DNA of 64,000 nucleotides. Origin: Camelus ferus (lineage: Eukaryota). Below are positions 12,261-23,143 of this stretch, in pieces; within the stretch, counting starts at the first letter, position 1; each line of letters opens with the position of its first letter. Both the position numbers and the translations under genes were made by a program. Where the stretch lies: the NCBI RefSeq assembly GCF_009834535.1, contig NC_045712.1, positions 36,456,001 to 36,520,000 on the forward strand, written 5' to 3'. The notes under the pieces were generated by a model. It was given only the letters and a program-made list of their open reading frames with translations, was not told the origin of the DNA and searched no databases.

Positions 12261-13594
12261 GCCTTGCAGGGGAGAAGGGAGACAAATGGCGGACATGGCA
12301 GAGTTGGGAGTCTGTGCCCCTTCCGACGGTGGGCTCTGGGGACCGCGTCTACCCCCGCCCCCTCCAGCCCTGGCATGAGCTGTCAGAATGGTGCCAGGGA
12401 CACATGTTTAGCAATCCCCGATAGGGCAGGCCCGCTCTGGGATGGGGCACGCGGTGGTGACACCACGGGGTTCTTGGCTGCCCCTACACACCCCGTTGCA
12501 AGAGGGGCGGCCGCCGGCGGAGACACTGATTGCCACATGCATGGGGCTCAGCATCTTAGGAGAAGGCCATGGGGACTCCGGGGACCTGCGCTCTGGTGCA
12601 AAGGCTCATATGATCAGGACCGATGTTGTGCAAGGGTTTGGGTCAAGGGTTTGCCAGTCAGAGGCCCCGATAAACTGTGCCGGGCTCCTTAGATACAAAC
12701 ACAACAAGCTGTTACCGGATATCCACGGCGGGGCAGCCGCAGGCCAAGGCAGAGGATACACGTTATTTCATATTTTCACAGCATCCCCGGGATGGGAGCT
12801 GTGTCATCATTCTCTCTTATAAATGAGGAGACTGAGGCTGAGAGAGGAGGAAACGCATCCAGAGTCACAGTTACTTAGAGCCTGGGTCAGAATCGGAAGT
12901 GAGGGCCACGTGACTCTCAGACCCCCCCACCCCAGACCGCCAGCTCCATTCTAAGGACGGGGCTCTCCACCGAGGAAGTGTGGCCAGAAGGAGGCCCTTT
13001 CTCTGTGTTCAGACAGGACCCCTCCTGCGCAGCTGCTGCCCAGATTTGCAGTTTGGCCCAGGGGCTAACCCTGGGGCATCATGTGCCTGATAGACGGGCA
13101 TTCAAGTCCTGATCTGCCACTGGCAAGCTTTGTGGCTTTGCGTGAACCTCTTGGCCTGTGGGAGGCTCAGTTTCCTCGCACTTAGAAAGAGTAGGAATCT
13201 CGGTGCTGCAGGTGCTATGAGAACTCACAGAGGAGCTGACACCTCTCGAGGCCTGGCGTCCAAGCACTTGATAAATACTTGTCAGCTTGACGGGCTTTTT
13301 TAAATCAATCTAGGCCGCTGCCCTAAGAGGCGGGTGGGGGACCAGCAACTCCGTAGCCAGGATCTCGAGTTCCACGTGAGCCTAGGAACCCCTTAGTGGG
13401 ACAATCACCATCTTCTTAACCTCTGCATCAGCCAAACACGGAGCTGGGTTCAGTCCAACGGATGGCTAAAGGCCCCCGCGTGAACGTCACCGCCTCTGAG
13501 AAGCCACCCTTGATTCAGCCGGCCCCCTTCACCAGGTTCTTACTTCTGAGTTCCTCTAACACCCTGGACAGACCTCTGTGTTGGGCATGTATCA

Positions 13595-13790
13595 GATTGG
13601 GGAAGAATATAGCTTCACGGTGAAGGTCTGAAATCCAGACCATCCCTGCCACTTGGTAGCTGTGTGGCCCTGGAGAAACGACGCCACCTCTTTGACCCTT
13701 AACATCCTTTTCTCAAAATAGGAGAGGTCACCTTGTCCTCTCAGGGTCATTTTGAGAACGGGATGCTGTTCACGCTCTCAGTACTGGGAC
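13595..13790 (+). mobile_element. MIR SINE
   Basis: 'ctgccacttggtagctgtgtggccctggagaaac...ttctcaaaatagga...ttttgagaa'. Confidence 0.65.
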
Positions 13791-14019
13791 CAGCACAAAA
13801 CAAATGAGTAAGAATTTTACCATCAGCGTCATTGTCGCATCACCGTCACTGCGGTGCAGGTGTTCCTGGTCCTCCCGGCCCTCCCCTCTGGCTCTGGGTA
13901 GGGAAGTCTCAGGAGACTCAAGAGAAGGACAGAGGAGCCTGACCTCTACTGACCATCTGTTCTGGGCTGATCTCCACGCTGGGGGCTTCTCATATGACAC
14001 GATTCTGTTTAAAAACCCT

Positions 14020-14150
14020 GCCAGCAGCCCCCTTCAGGGGAGGTGGCATTCTCCTCATTCTTACAGAGGATTGCACTGAAGCCCAGAGAGGTTAAGTAAC
14101 TTGCCGAAGGCTGCACAACCACAGAGAGGTGGAACCGGTCCTCTGAGCTC
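14020..14150 (-). mobile_element. MIR SINE
   Basis: 'cattcttacagaggattgcactgaagcccagagaggttaagtaacttgccgaaggctgcacaacc'. Confidence 0.75.
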
Positions 14151-16429
14151 AGCTCCCTCCACCAGACCTATCGCCTCCATCTCCGCATCCCAGGGCCCCG
14201 CACAGCAGGGACCCGAGAGATGCCTGCTGACGAATGCTGACCATCCAGGCTCAGGCTGTGACGCAGGAGGGCCTCCCGCCTGGCTAGGAGGGGGTGTGCT
14301 TAGGCCTCAGGGCTGTGGGCTTTGCAGGGACAGATAAGGGCAGTTTCTCCCAAGTTGGATGCAAACGCTCATGCCGGGGTGGATGGGGGTTTGCCGGACA
14401 GCCTCTGGAATCCGGTCCCTCCTTGCCCAGCCCCACCGTGTTGCTCAACACAGGCTTCCGTGGGGACTGTCCTTGCCTGAGCCCCAGCTGGGCTCCCCAT
14501 CACCTCCGGACCCTCGCTTAGACCACCCCTACCCCCGTGTCCCTCTTCTCATTTGTCCAGGAGGGGCTGGAGGTGAAAATCTTTCATTTTTCTTTACTAT
14601 GCAATTCATTTTATTTTAGAAAAAATACACAGTCAATAGAAAATTTCGTTGTGCCTCAAAGTGTGCCTCAGCACTGGAGTATAAGGGTAAATGTGTCTTC
14701 TTTCTAAATCAGATGAGGATATTTTCAGGGTGGGAGCCTCTGGGAAGCTGAAGTAGGGCCCCTGGCCTTCACTGTCTCATGGCCATCTCTGAAGGACTCA
14801 CTGACTCTCAGAGGCAGGTGCCTCCAACCCCACAGGCCCAGCTGGGGTGGGAGGGGTCACAGTTCCAGCATCTCCCCCTTCAGCCCCTCCTCCCCGGCCT
14901 GCATGCCATAGGCCCATCAGTGGCTCAGCCACCTCCCAGGCCACCTCCCCAGTCGCCGGGGACCCAGCCCTTTCCTTCCCACTTCTGCCCCCTCTTCATC
15001 CAGAACCGTCCAGCACTGTCACCTCTGGGAGCACAGGTCCCAGGGGAGAAAAGGCGGGTACATTCTTCTCTGGAAGAAAGCTGATGTGGAGGGATGGAGG
15101 TGCGGCCCCCTTCCTTCCTTGAGCCTCTTACATCAGCACAGACAAGTCAGGAGTCAATGCACCGATACGGCGTCCTGCCCAAAGCCAACACCCACACCAG
15201 GCTCGTGACGGCACGCTGGGGAACCTCTTTCCTTTCCCTCTCCTCTTAGTATTTTCTCTCCCACTCAAGCTCTTCTCCTTCTCAATTCCCTTTCCTGGTC
15301 ACTCCAGCCTTTGGTGGCCTTTCCCTCTTTTGAACACCTACGGATACGGGATCATGGACCTGAGGGCCCCAGATGGGGTGACGCGGGCCATTGCCCTGTG
15401 CACACTGGGTTTGGCTGGTCTTCAAGTACCTCGGGCTCAGGGCCTGTGTCTCCCTCAGTGGATCCGGGAAGAAGCGGCTGGGGGCTGAGCAGGAGCCACC
15501 CTTGACTGAGAGTTATGAAGTTGGACAGAGGACCTCTGTCCCCAAACCTTATTCCACTGGTGCAACTTAGAGGCTCCTTCCAGGATGTGTCCATGGGACC
15601 AGAGCAGCAAGTGTCAGCCTGAGCTGAAGGGTAACCTGGTGTTTGTGGCTGCAGTGAAGGGGGGGTGAAGCCTGGGAGACACCTCAGCATTGGCCGGAGT
15701 GCAGGCAAGCCCAAGGCTGACAAGTGTCCTGGGTCGGGCACATTGTCTGTGCAAGGCGGCCCAAGACCGGGAGGTACCGAGGCGGGAGGTCTCGGAGCGT
15801 CCGGAGGGAGTCAAGGTGGACGATGGGTGGACCCAGTGACCCCAGAGGCAGAAGAATGGCCTCAGCACCGCAGCCCCACCTGTGGCTTCACCCAGCTGAC
15901 CTGGTTTAGCTCGTGTGTAATTCAGGCTATGGTGGTCCAGAGGGAGGACCCAGAGGAAGGAATGCCTGTCACCTTTCTTTTCATGCGCTCGTTGCGTATT
16001 TATTCACAGTAGTAATAAAATGAGTGATTTCCTGGCTTGGCAAATACGGTGTCCAAACCATCAGTGACTTTTTTCACTGCCAGTGTCACCGTGATGAAGT
16101 CAGCAGAGTGGCTGCTGGAGAGCCGTCTGTCCCTGAATGAAATGGCCCCGACCAGTGAACCTCCCGTTCCCGACTGTCCTGTGGTGGGCCTCTGTCTGTC
16201 TTTGCTGGGGGTTGCGACTCTCACGAGTGTTGGGTTTCAGCGATGCTCTCCGCTCCCCGAGTTACCATCCACTCTCCGGTAACTGCTTCATCACCTTGCT
16301 ACGTGTAGTTAAGTCATTTCTGAATTCAGAAGGTGCCCAGCACGTGGCAGGTTCTCAGCTGGCGTTTGCTCTTTCGTTCAGGCGGGGAGCCCAGGGAAGG
16401 TGCCTAAAGGAGACCCACTTTGCCTGTCG

Positions 16430-16660
16430 ACTCCCATGTAGAGGCCAGCAGACCAAGACCCCTCTGGTCATGTCACTCTATTGCTCAGACACCTTCAGTG
16501 GCTCCCTGTGACCTCCATGATAAGGTTAAAAGTCTTAACCATCATTCAGCACCCTCCCAGTGTGATGTCAACCAGCCTTTCCAGCCCCACGGTCCGTTCA
16601 GCATTCACGACCAGAACCCTCCCTGGCTACCTCATTAGCTCTCCCATAGCACTTTTATTG
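16430..16660 (+). mobile_element. L2 LINE fragment
   Basis: 'tgctcagacaccttcagtggctccc...aagtcttaacc' L2 hallmark. Confidence 0.65.
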
Positions 16661-16810
16661 TAATCCTCATCAAAAGGGAACTTAGATTACCTTAGGGTTT
16701 TGTTCTTCCAGTCACAGAGGCTGGAGCTTCCTGGGGCTCGGGGTGTTGTCTTGGCTGACTCCACACCCTGCACTCAGGAGGAGCCCAGTCACCACGCCGG
16801 ATGCGCTCTC

Positions 16811-16824
16811 ATCTCCATGGCAAC
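16811..16824. promoter_or_regulatory. RFX X-box
   Basis: ATCTCCATGGCAAC matches RTHNYYATRGNAAC at all positions. Confidence 0.45.
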
Positions 16825-17244
16825 CGCACAACCTGGGCAGTGCATCCCCCCACACGAAGGCTCAGGTTAAGTGATTCACCCAAAGTCGCATCCGCCTGGC
16901 TTCCAAGGCAGGACTCTTTACTGCGTGTGCTCAAAGAACAGGTCACTACGCTTCACACCAGCGGCATTACCTGGAGCTAATACGACCTCTCACGGGACCA
17001 CTTATTTTGTTTTGGGCTTTTTTTTTTTTTTTTGTAACTCCCTACTTGGGCAAACACCACCCCCCTTCTCTGAATTTCAATTTCCTCTACTGTTAAGGGG
17101 CGTGATATTAATAGCTTCCTTCTTGGGCTGACAGAGATAACACACACACAGCGTGGGGCCTTGTGATAAGTCCTCTTCCTTCCTGGGTGCCCTGCCCCGT
17201 CGCCCTGTCTCCCCGCAGCGCAGCGCGGATGCCTCCACGATGGC

Positions 17245-17754
17245 GGGGCGGGGCGGGGGGCGGGCCCGGTCCTTCCTGAGGGTCCCCCGGAATCACATAT
17301 CCGGGACCTCTGGGTAGGGGTGGAGGGGTGGGAGGGAAGCCAGGCTGAGGAAATGTCTGTTGTGAGCCTGTTGGGAAACGCTGAGACTGGAGAGGAAGGC
17401 AGGGCAGCCGCTGCGTCTCCCGGCCGCCGGTCAAGGCTGCTTGAGCAACCCTACCCCACCCCACATCCCCCTGTCCCCACCCCTGGCCGTTGCTCCATCT
17501 GCAAACACGGTGACGATGCCCCAGGGTAGGTGTTGCACCACGTTCTTAGAAAGCTGTCTGTGTACACGCATTTCCATCTGGGGCCTGGGCTAGTTTTGTT
17601 TAATCACTGTCTTTTTCACTTCCAAATTTCTGAGGGCAGCTTGGGAGACAGCGATGTGGTGAAATGATCGTTATTAGCCAACCTTCCCTGAGTCCTTGCC
17701 CTGCGCCTGGCACGATGCGGCTGGTGGTGGGAGGGCGGGCGGGGCGGGGTGGGG
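17245..17754. promoter_or_regulatory. GC-box / G-quadruplex cluster
   Basis: G4 motifs at 17245-17264 (+), 17312-17336 (+), about 17450-17483 (-) and 17729-17754 (+). Confidence 0.5.
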
Positions 17755-18174
17755 TTGTGTGTGTGTGATGGTGCGGAATCTGCACACCAGCCCTCACGGT
17801 AGGGGCTGTCCTTCTCACTTGCCAGGGGAGAAACTGAGGCTCAGAGGGTTTAGCACCTTCCCCAGGGTCCCACAGCTCATAAACGGTGGAGCCAGGATTC
17901 GTGCTGAGGCTGTGCGATTCCAGGACGCTTCACCATGGCTTGGTGCGGCCGCCCACGAGTGCAGGGAACCTGTGAGACTCAGCAGTGCTCCTGCCTGGCC
18001 CTGTGTCCTCAGCAGGCCCTTTCTCCTCTCTGAGCCTCAGTTTCCCCATAGGTGGAATCAGCGGGTTGGAACTGATCACCGGTTCTCAAATGTTGCTTTA
18101 GCTTTTTCTTAAAGACTAGATGCTTCAAGCAGGTATGACTGTAGACAGGCAGGAGGGAACTTGGTAGGATGAGA

Positions 18175-18290
18175 GAGGCATTCTGAAAACGGATCGTGGT
18201 GATGTATTTTTTTAACAAGCCTTGAATTGCACACTTACAATGGGTGAATTTTATGGTCTGTAAATTATACCTCAGTAAAGCTGTAAAGAA
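18175..18290 (+). mobile_element. Old L1 (L1M) 3' terminus
   Basis: 'tgaattgcacacttacaatgggtgaattttatggtctgtaaattatacctcagtaaagctg'. Confidence 0.75.
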
Positions 18291-18743
18291 CTAGAATGTT
18301 TTATGAAACGGCGACTTTCAACCCCCAGGACCCCACAGGGTTGTTTGAAAACCAATGGGCTGTGTGGATTCTGGATGGCCTTGCAGACTCTGATCTTCTG
18401 GAATTCTAGGGTCATTTGAGCTCACTTTGTGCAGCTTGCTGTGGATTCTGTGCAGACAGGAATGCCATCTTCCCTGCCGTCAGCCCAGCCCATAGTAGGT
18501 GCCCCCTGGGCATCGTTAGATGAGTGGGTGCATGACATCCTCACAAGCGTTCATTGGACCTGAGGCTACTTGGAGGCAGGCACTGTGTTTTCATTTCTGA
18601 ATCCTCGACTCCCAGCACAATTCCCAGTGTGGGTACCTGGTAACCGTTTGTTGAATCAATAAATGAGTGAATGAATAAATGGCTCAGTCCCTGCTCATGG
18701 GACACGTTGAGGAGGCAAGATGTCAATGTATATATGCACACTG

Positions 18744-19220
18744 TGTATTAGGATATAACTTTTGAGCAAATGAAATCTACTGGGAAGGTATGGCGGGAGG
18801 GCTCGTAGCTCATGCCATGGAAGGAGGCGTTAGAAGCAGACCCGGCTTGTCTCTTTAGGAAGTCTCTCTGGGCTTGAGTCCCTTGAGATTCAGATCTCAG
18901 TTGAAGGGCACCTGATTGGCTTGGCTGAGGTCAGATGCCCTCCCTTGGCCAAAAATAGTTGGGTTCTTCTATTGACCATTTGTAAAGACTGCATTTAGTG
19001 AAGGGGGGAGGGGCTCAAACCCAAACTTGGGGCCTCAGTATAGCTCAGAGGTAGAGTGCATGCTTAGTAGGCACGAGGTCCTGGGTTCAATCCCCAGCAC
19101 CTCCATTAAAAATTAATGATAAATAAATAAATAAGTAAATAAATATTTTTTTAAATGGGTTCTGATTCTAAAAGAAGGGGAGATAAACGCTGGGCTGATC
19201 AGAACAACCAATGTCCCCTG
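18744..19220 (-). mobile_element. MaLR LTR (MLT1K/L-like), interrupted by a SINE
   Basis: 'ctgattggcttggctgaggtcagatgccc' and a tail 'agaaggggagataaacgctgggc...aatgtcc' that continues after the SINE. Confidence 0.5.
19029..19150 (+). mobile_element. tRNA-Ala(AGC)-derived SINE (camelid Vic-1-like)
   Basis: A box TAGCTCAGAGG, B box GGTTCAATCCC (19084-19094), (TAAA)n tail; same family as the copies at 38783 and 51277. Confidence 0.9.
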
Positions 19221-20246
19221 GAAAGTTCCCAAACTACAAAAGGTGGAAATGAGAGTTGGAAGAATGAACAGAGCGGCCACCAAGGCAGGTAAGCTCAGAA
19301 CCGCGAGTGTGGGCCCAGCCCTGGGTGCCACCGCGGGGCAGGGGGCAGAGGACTAAGAAGTTAAGGAGAACTGGGGCGGCTTGTCGTTTCTTCTTTTTTA
19401 AACCTCCTGGCTAAGCTGCTGACTAGTCCTGATAGTTGTCTCTGAGTGCTCGTGCCATTTCGTCTCTGTTCTGGAAACCTCGGGAGTCCACTGCCTTTGA
19501 TTCAGTGGTCCAAGGAGGACCCTTCTGAGTCAGGTGCGCTGATGCCTCTGTTCCTCAGCCTTCGCCTCGGCACCTGCTGCACGGCCCTGGCCTGCAGCTC
19601 CAGCTCCCCTCGTATTTCAGAGAAAAAAGGGGAAAGGATGCATGCCCTCCAGTCTCCTTCTGTGGCCCCTGCTGTGTGCCTCTTTTCTGATTTAATGCTC
19701 GCCGCTGGTCCACGGGGTGAGGACCGTTAACCCTACTTGGCAGTCTCAGCGACTGAGAGTGACACAGTGACTTGCCCGGTGACAAGCAGCAAAGCCAGGA
19801 TTTGAACCCAGGACCAGCTCGCTCCAGAGACCCTGCTCTCCTGCTGCGCCCTGTGCCTCCCCATGGGTGACTTCGGCTTAAACAAGTCATGCCCCTTCCC
19901 TGGGTTTCCCCATCTGCACATCAAGGAGCTAAAAGCTAAAAGAGAGGGTCGTCTCCAGCCCTAGCGAGACTCTTCAGAAGTGCCCCAGACGGCCCTGGAC
20001 GGCCAAGGGCAGGTGCAGCCGGTACGGCCTGGGCCCACGCTGAGGCTGTCCGCCCTGCAGGTGACTGATTTAAGTGGCTTTCAGCCAGAGGAGGGCCAGC
20101 CCACCACAGGCTGGAGGTGAGACCTGAGCATGTGAGTCACCCCCCCTCTCCCCGCCACCAGATGCGACAGGGACAACCACGTCTGGTCTCCCTGGGCCCC
20201 TGCCTCCCACCCCAGAGGTGTCCTGTAACCCGGGCACAGACGCACA

Positions 20247-20378
20247 NNNNNNNNNNNNNNNNNNNNNNNNNNNNNNNNNNNNNNNNNNNNNNNNNNNNNN
20301 NNNNNNNNNNNNNNNNNNNNNNNNNNNNNNNNNNNNNNNNNNNNNNNNNNNNNNNNNNNNNNNNNNNNNNNNNNNNNN
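20247..20378. other. Assembly gap (132 N)
   Basis: N run. Confidence 1.
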
Positions 20379-21289
20379 ACCTGGGGCCGGCTCAGAGCGC
20401 AGTGGCCGGCCCGGGAGACAGCGGCCGGGCCTGCTCTGTCCTGGGCCCGGGAGGAAGTGGGTGCCGCCAGGGGGAAGGGCAGCTTCCCCTGGCTGCTCTG
20501 CCGCTGGCCCGGGATCTGACTTATTTGTCAAAAGGAGAAAAAATGATTATTTTTCAAAAGAATCACAAGTCCCAGAGCATCATGGCCTCTTTGCCCTGTC
20601 ACAAGAGCTCTGTTGCAAAAACCCCTCTCAATGCTGTGGTATTTTGCAAGTGATTTGCCGTGTCAACGCGGAAAATATTGCCGTCTCCAGAGGCCTGTGT
20701 GTCTTCATCAGCCCTTGCTCAGCAGAGCAGGCCTGACTGTCTCCAGTGTGGAAAGATATTTTGATCCAATCTGTTTTCAGAGTTGGGAAGGCAGCTTGGC
20801 GCATCGGCGAGGCCTCAGGTGGATAGACCTCTGGCCACGTGTCATCTCCTTGTTTGGAGTCTCAGTTTCCTCATGTGCAAAATAGGAAGAGTCATGAGAC
20901 TTAAAGTAAGAAAATGTAGGTTTAATGCACATGCGTGTTTGTTTTCCTGACGTTTTGTGAGAAGCAGCCTGGAAGAGTGACTTGGGAATCTGCAGACCTT
21001 CATCTGAGTCCTGACTGTACACTTTCTTAATCCTGGGAGCGTGGGCAAGCCCCGGCCCCTTTCTATATCTTGATTTCTTCCTCTGGAAAAGCAAAGGGTC
21101 TAACCAACCCTGACCCTGCTGCCTCCCTGGGTGTGATGTAGCTGTTAGGGAAGATGGGTTGTCAACCAGGCTTAGGACACAGGGTCATGAGAGGTTCAAG
21201 TACCAAAGAGATGGTGCCTGGAGCGTTGGGGTTGTTTTAATCTCAACCGAGCCCTGACCATGGTTTCACATCTTGGTGCCTTATGTATG

Positions 21290-21510
21290 CTTTTCTAACT
21301 AGTAGGTTGTTCCTTCTGTATCTTCCTGCAAACTTCTATTCATCCTTCAAAGCCCAACTTCAATGAACCCTTTTCTGTCTGACAGCCCTAAACCTCCTCT
21401 AAACAGTTGCTCTCTCCTCTGTGCTTCCACGGTGCCCTGTCCTCTCTGTTATAACAGCTATCACATTGTCTTATCACTTACTTCTTTAGAGATCTGTCTC
21501 CTGTGTGGGA
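21290..21510 (+). mobile_element. L2 LINE 3' fragment
   Basis: 'ttctattcatccttcaaagcccaacttcaatg...atcacattgtc...tctgtctcc'. Confidence 0.6.
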
Positions 21511-22414
21511 GTATAAGCTTAATCAGTTAAGAATTGATTTCTGAATATTTTGCTCCAGACTCTTAAAATTTCCTCACCACATTTAGGAGATTTCCTTCCC
21601 CAAAATGATCACTGTGTGACTTGTTGCTGTTTAAGGAATCTCTGAGGGTGCCTGGACTTACAACCAAGTGTTCTTCAAGGCAGCCAACTTTGCCTTCAAG
21701 CTTCAGAAGCTTGTTTTTCTACCAAATAGTCGCCAGACGGGTCTGTGGCAGCCAGGGCACATAGCAGCTGGTGCCTGCCTGCATTTTTAAGAGGTTTTAA
21801 TGCATAACTGTTTAATTCTTCCCAGGGAGGTATTTTCTAGGTGATAGAGATATTTTGTAAAGAATACACTTCTTTTGTGTTGGAGGTAGGGTTGGAATGA
21901 AAAATCGGAGCACCAAGGCACCACGGTTTTGCCAGTGCCCAAGTCCACCCCAAGGATGGGAGGATGCATCTCAGCCCTAAGAAATGAGCTGTTTGGGATG
22001 GGTGTCGGTCAGGCAGAGTCGTCTGGAGCACTTCCTAGAAATCTTGACCTGTCGCTGTCAGTGGGGAAGGCTAATTAAAGGAAATAAAAGACTAGTAGCC
22101 AGGAGATTCCAATGTGCTGAAAAAACAAAGGCAGCCAACCTGGAAATGCCGAGTCAGCTCTCTGCCTCGCCCCGTCCGGCTCCCCCACCCCGCCACCCAC
22201 CCAAACGCTCTTTTCTTTGCCTGATTTTCTACCACCAAGACCTGTTTGCCTCTGTTTACCCCCAAGGGATCAACAGAGACAGCTTTTGAAGCAGAGGCGG
22301 ATGCAGTAACCAAGGCCTTGATGTCAGCTGTGGACGCCTCAGGGCTGGTGCTGCCTCTGCCTCTTCCTGGATCCCGGGCAGGGCCGGGCCTCTGGCCCAT
22401 GGTTCAGAGTGGGG

Positions 22415-23143
22415 ACAAGGAGATGCAAGTTAAAACTACAGCCACCTCTTGTCCTCCATGGGAGTGACCACAAGACTGACCATAGCAAGTGCTGATGAGG
22501 ACATGGAGCAACTAGAATGTTCATGCCCTCCTGATGGGAACGCAAAATGGTACCACGCATTGGTAACCCCTTGACAGTTACCATGAAGCACCACATACGC
22601 TTTACCAGATGACCCAGCCATCCACTCCTAGGTACTTCCAAAAAGGACGTGAAAACATATGTCTATTTTACAAAGACATGCACATGGGTGTTCAGAGCAG
22701 CATTATTCACAGTAGCCAAAAGGTAGAAACAACCAAAAGGTCCATCAACAGATGAATGGATCAGCAAAATGTGGTCTGTCCATGCAATGGAATATTACTT
22801 GGCCTGGAGTGATGATAAATGTTACATATGGGTGAACCTTGAAAACGTTATCCCAAGTTAAAGAAGGGAGTGAAAACAGACCACATATTTTGTGGGATTC
22901 CATTTATGTGAAATGTCCAGAATAGGCAAATCTCTAAAGACAGAAGGCAAAGTAGTGGTCGCCAGCAGTGGGAGGGAGAACTTAAGGAATGATTTTACTA
23001 ATGAGAAAAGTTTCTTTGGAAGGTGCTGGAAATGTTCTCAAAGTGGATGGTGGTGATGGCTGCACAACTGTGAATATATTAAAAAAAATAGTTTGTATGC
23101 TTTGAAAGGGTGAATTGCACGGAATGTGAATTGTATCTCAATC
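22415..23143 (+). mobile_element. Old L1 (L1MB/MC-like), ORF2 end plus 3' UTR
   Basis: 'gcagcattattcacagtagccaaaaggtagaaacaacc...tccatcaacagatgaatgga', ending 'gtgaattgtatctcaat'. Confidence 0.85.

Noticed and set aside
19029-19107. Functional tRNA-Ala genes (also 38822-38897 and 51284-51356)
   Set aside because: Broken acceptor stems, mutated anticodon arm in one copy, A-rich tails and TSDs show they are SINE copies.
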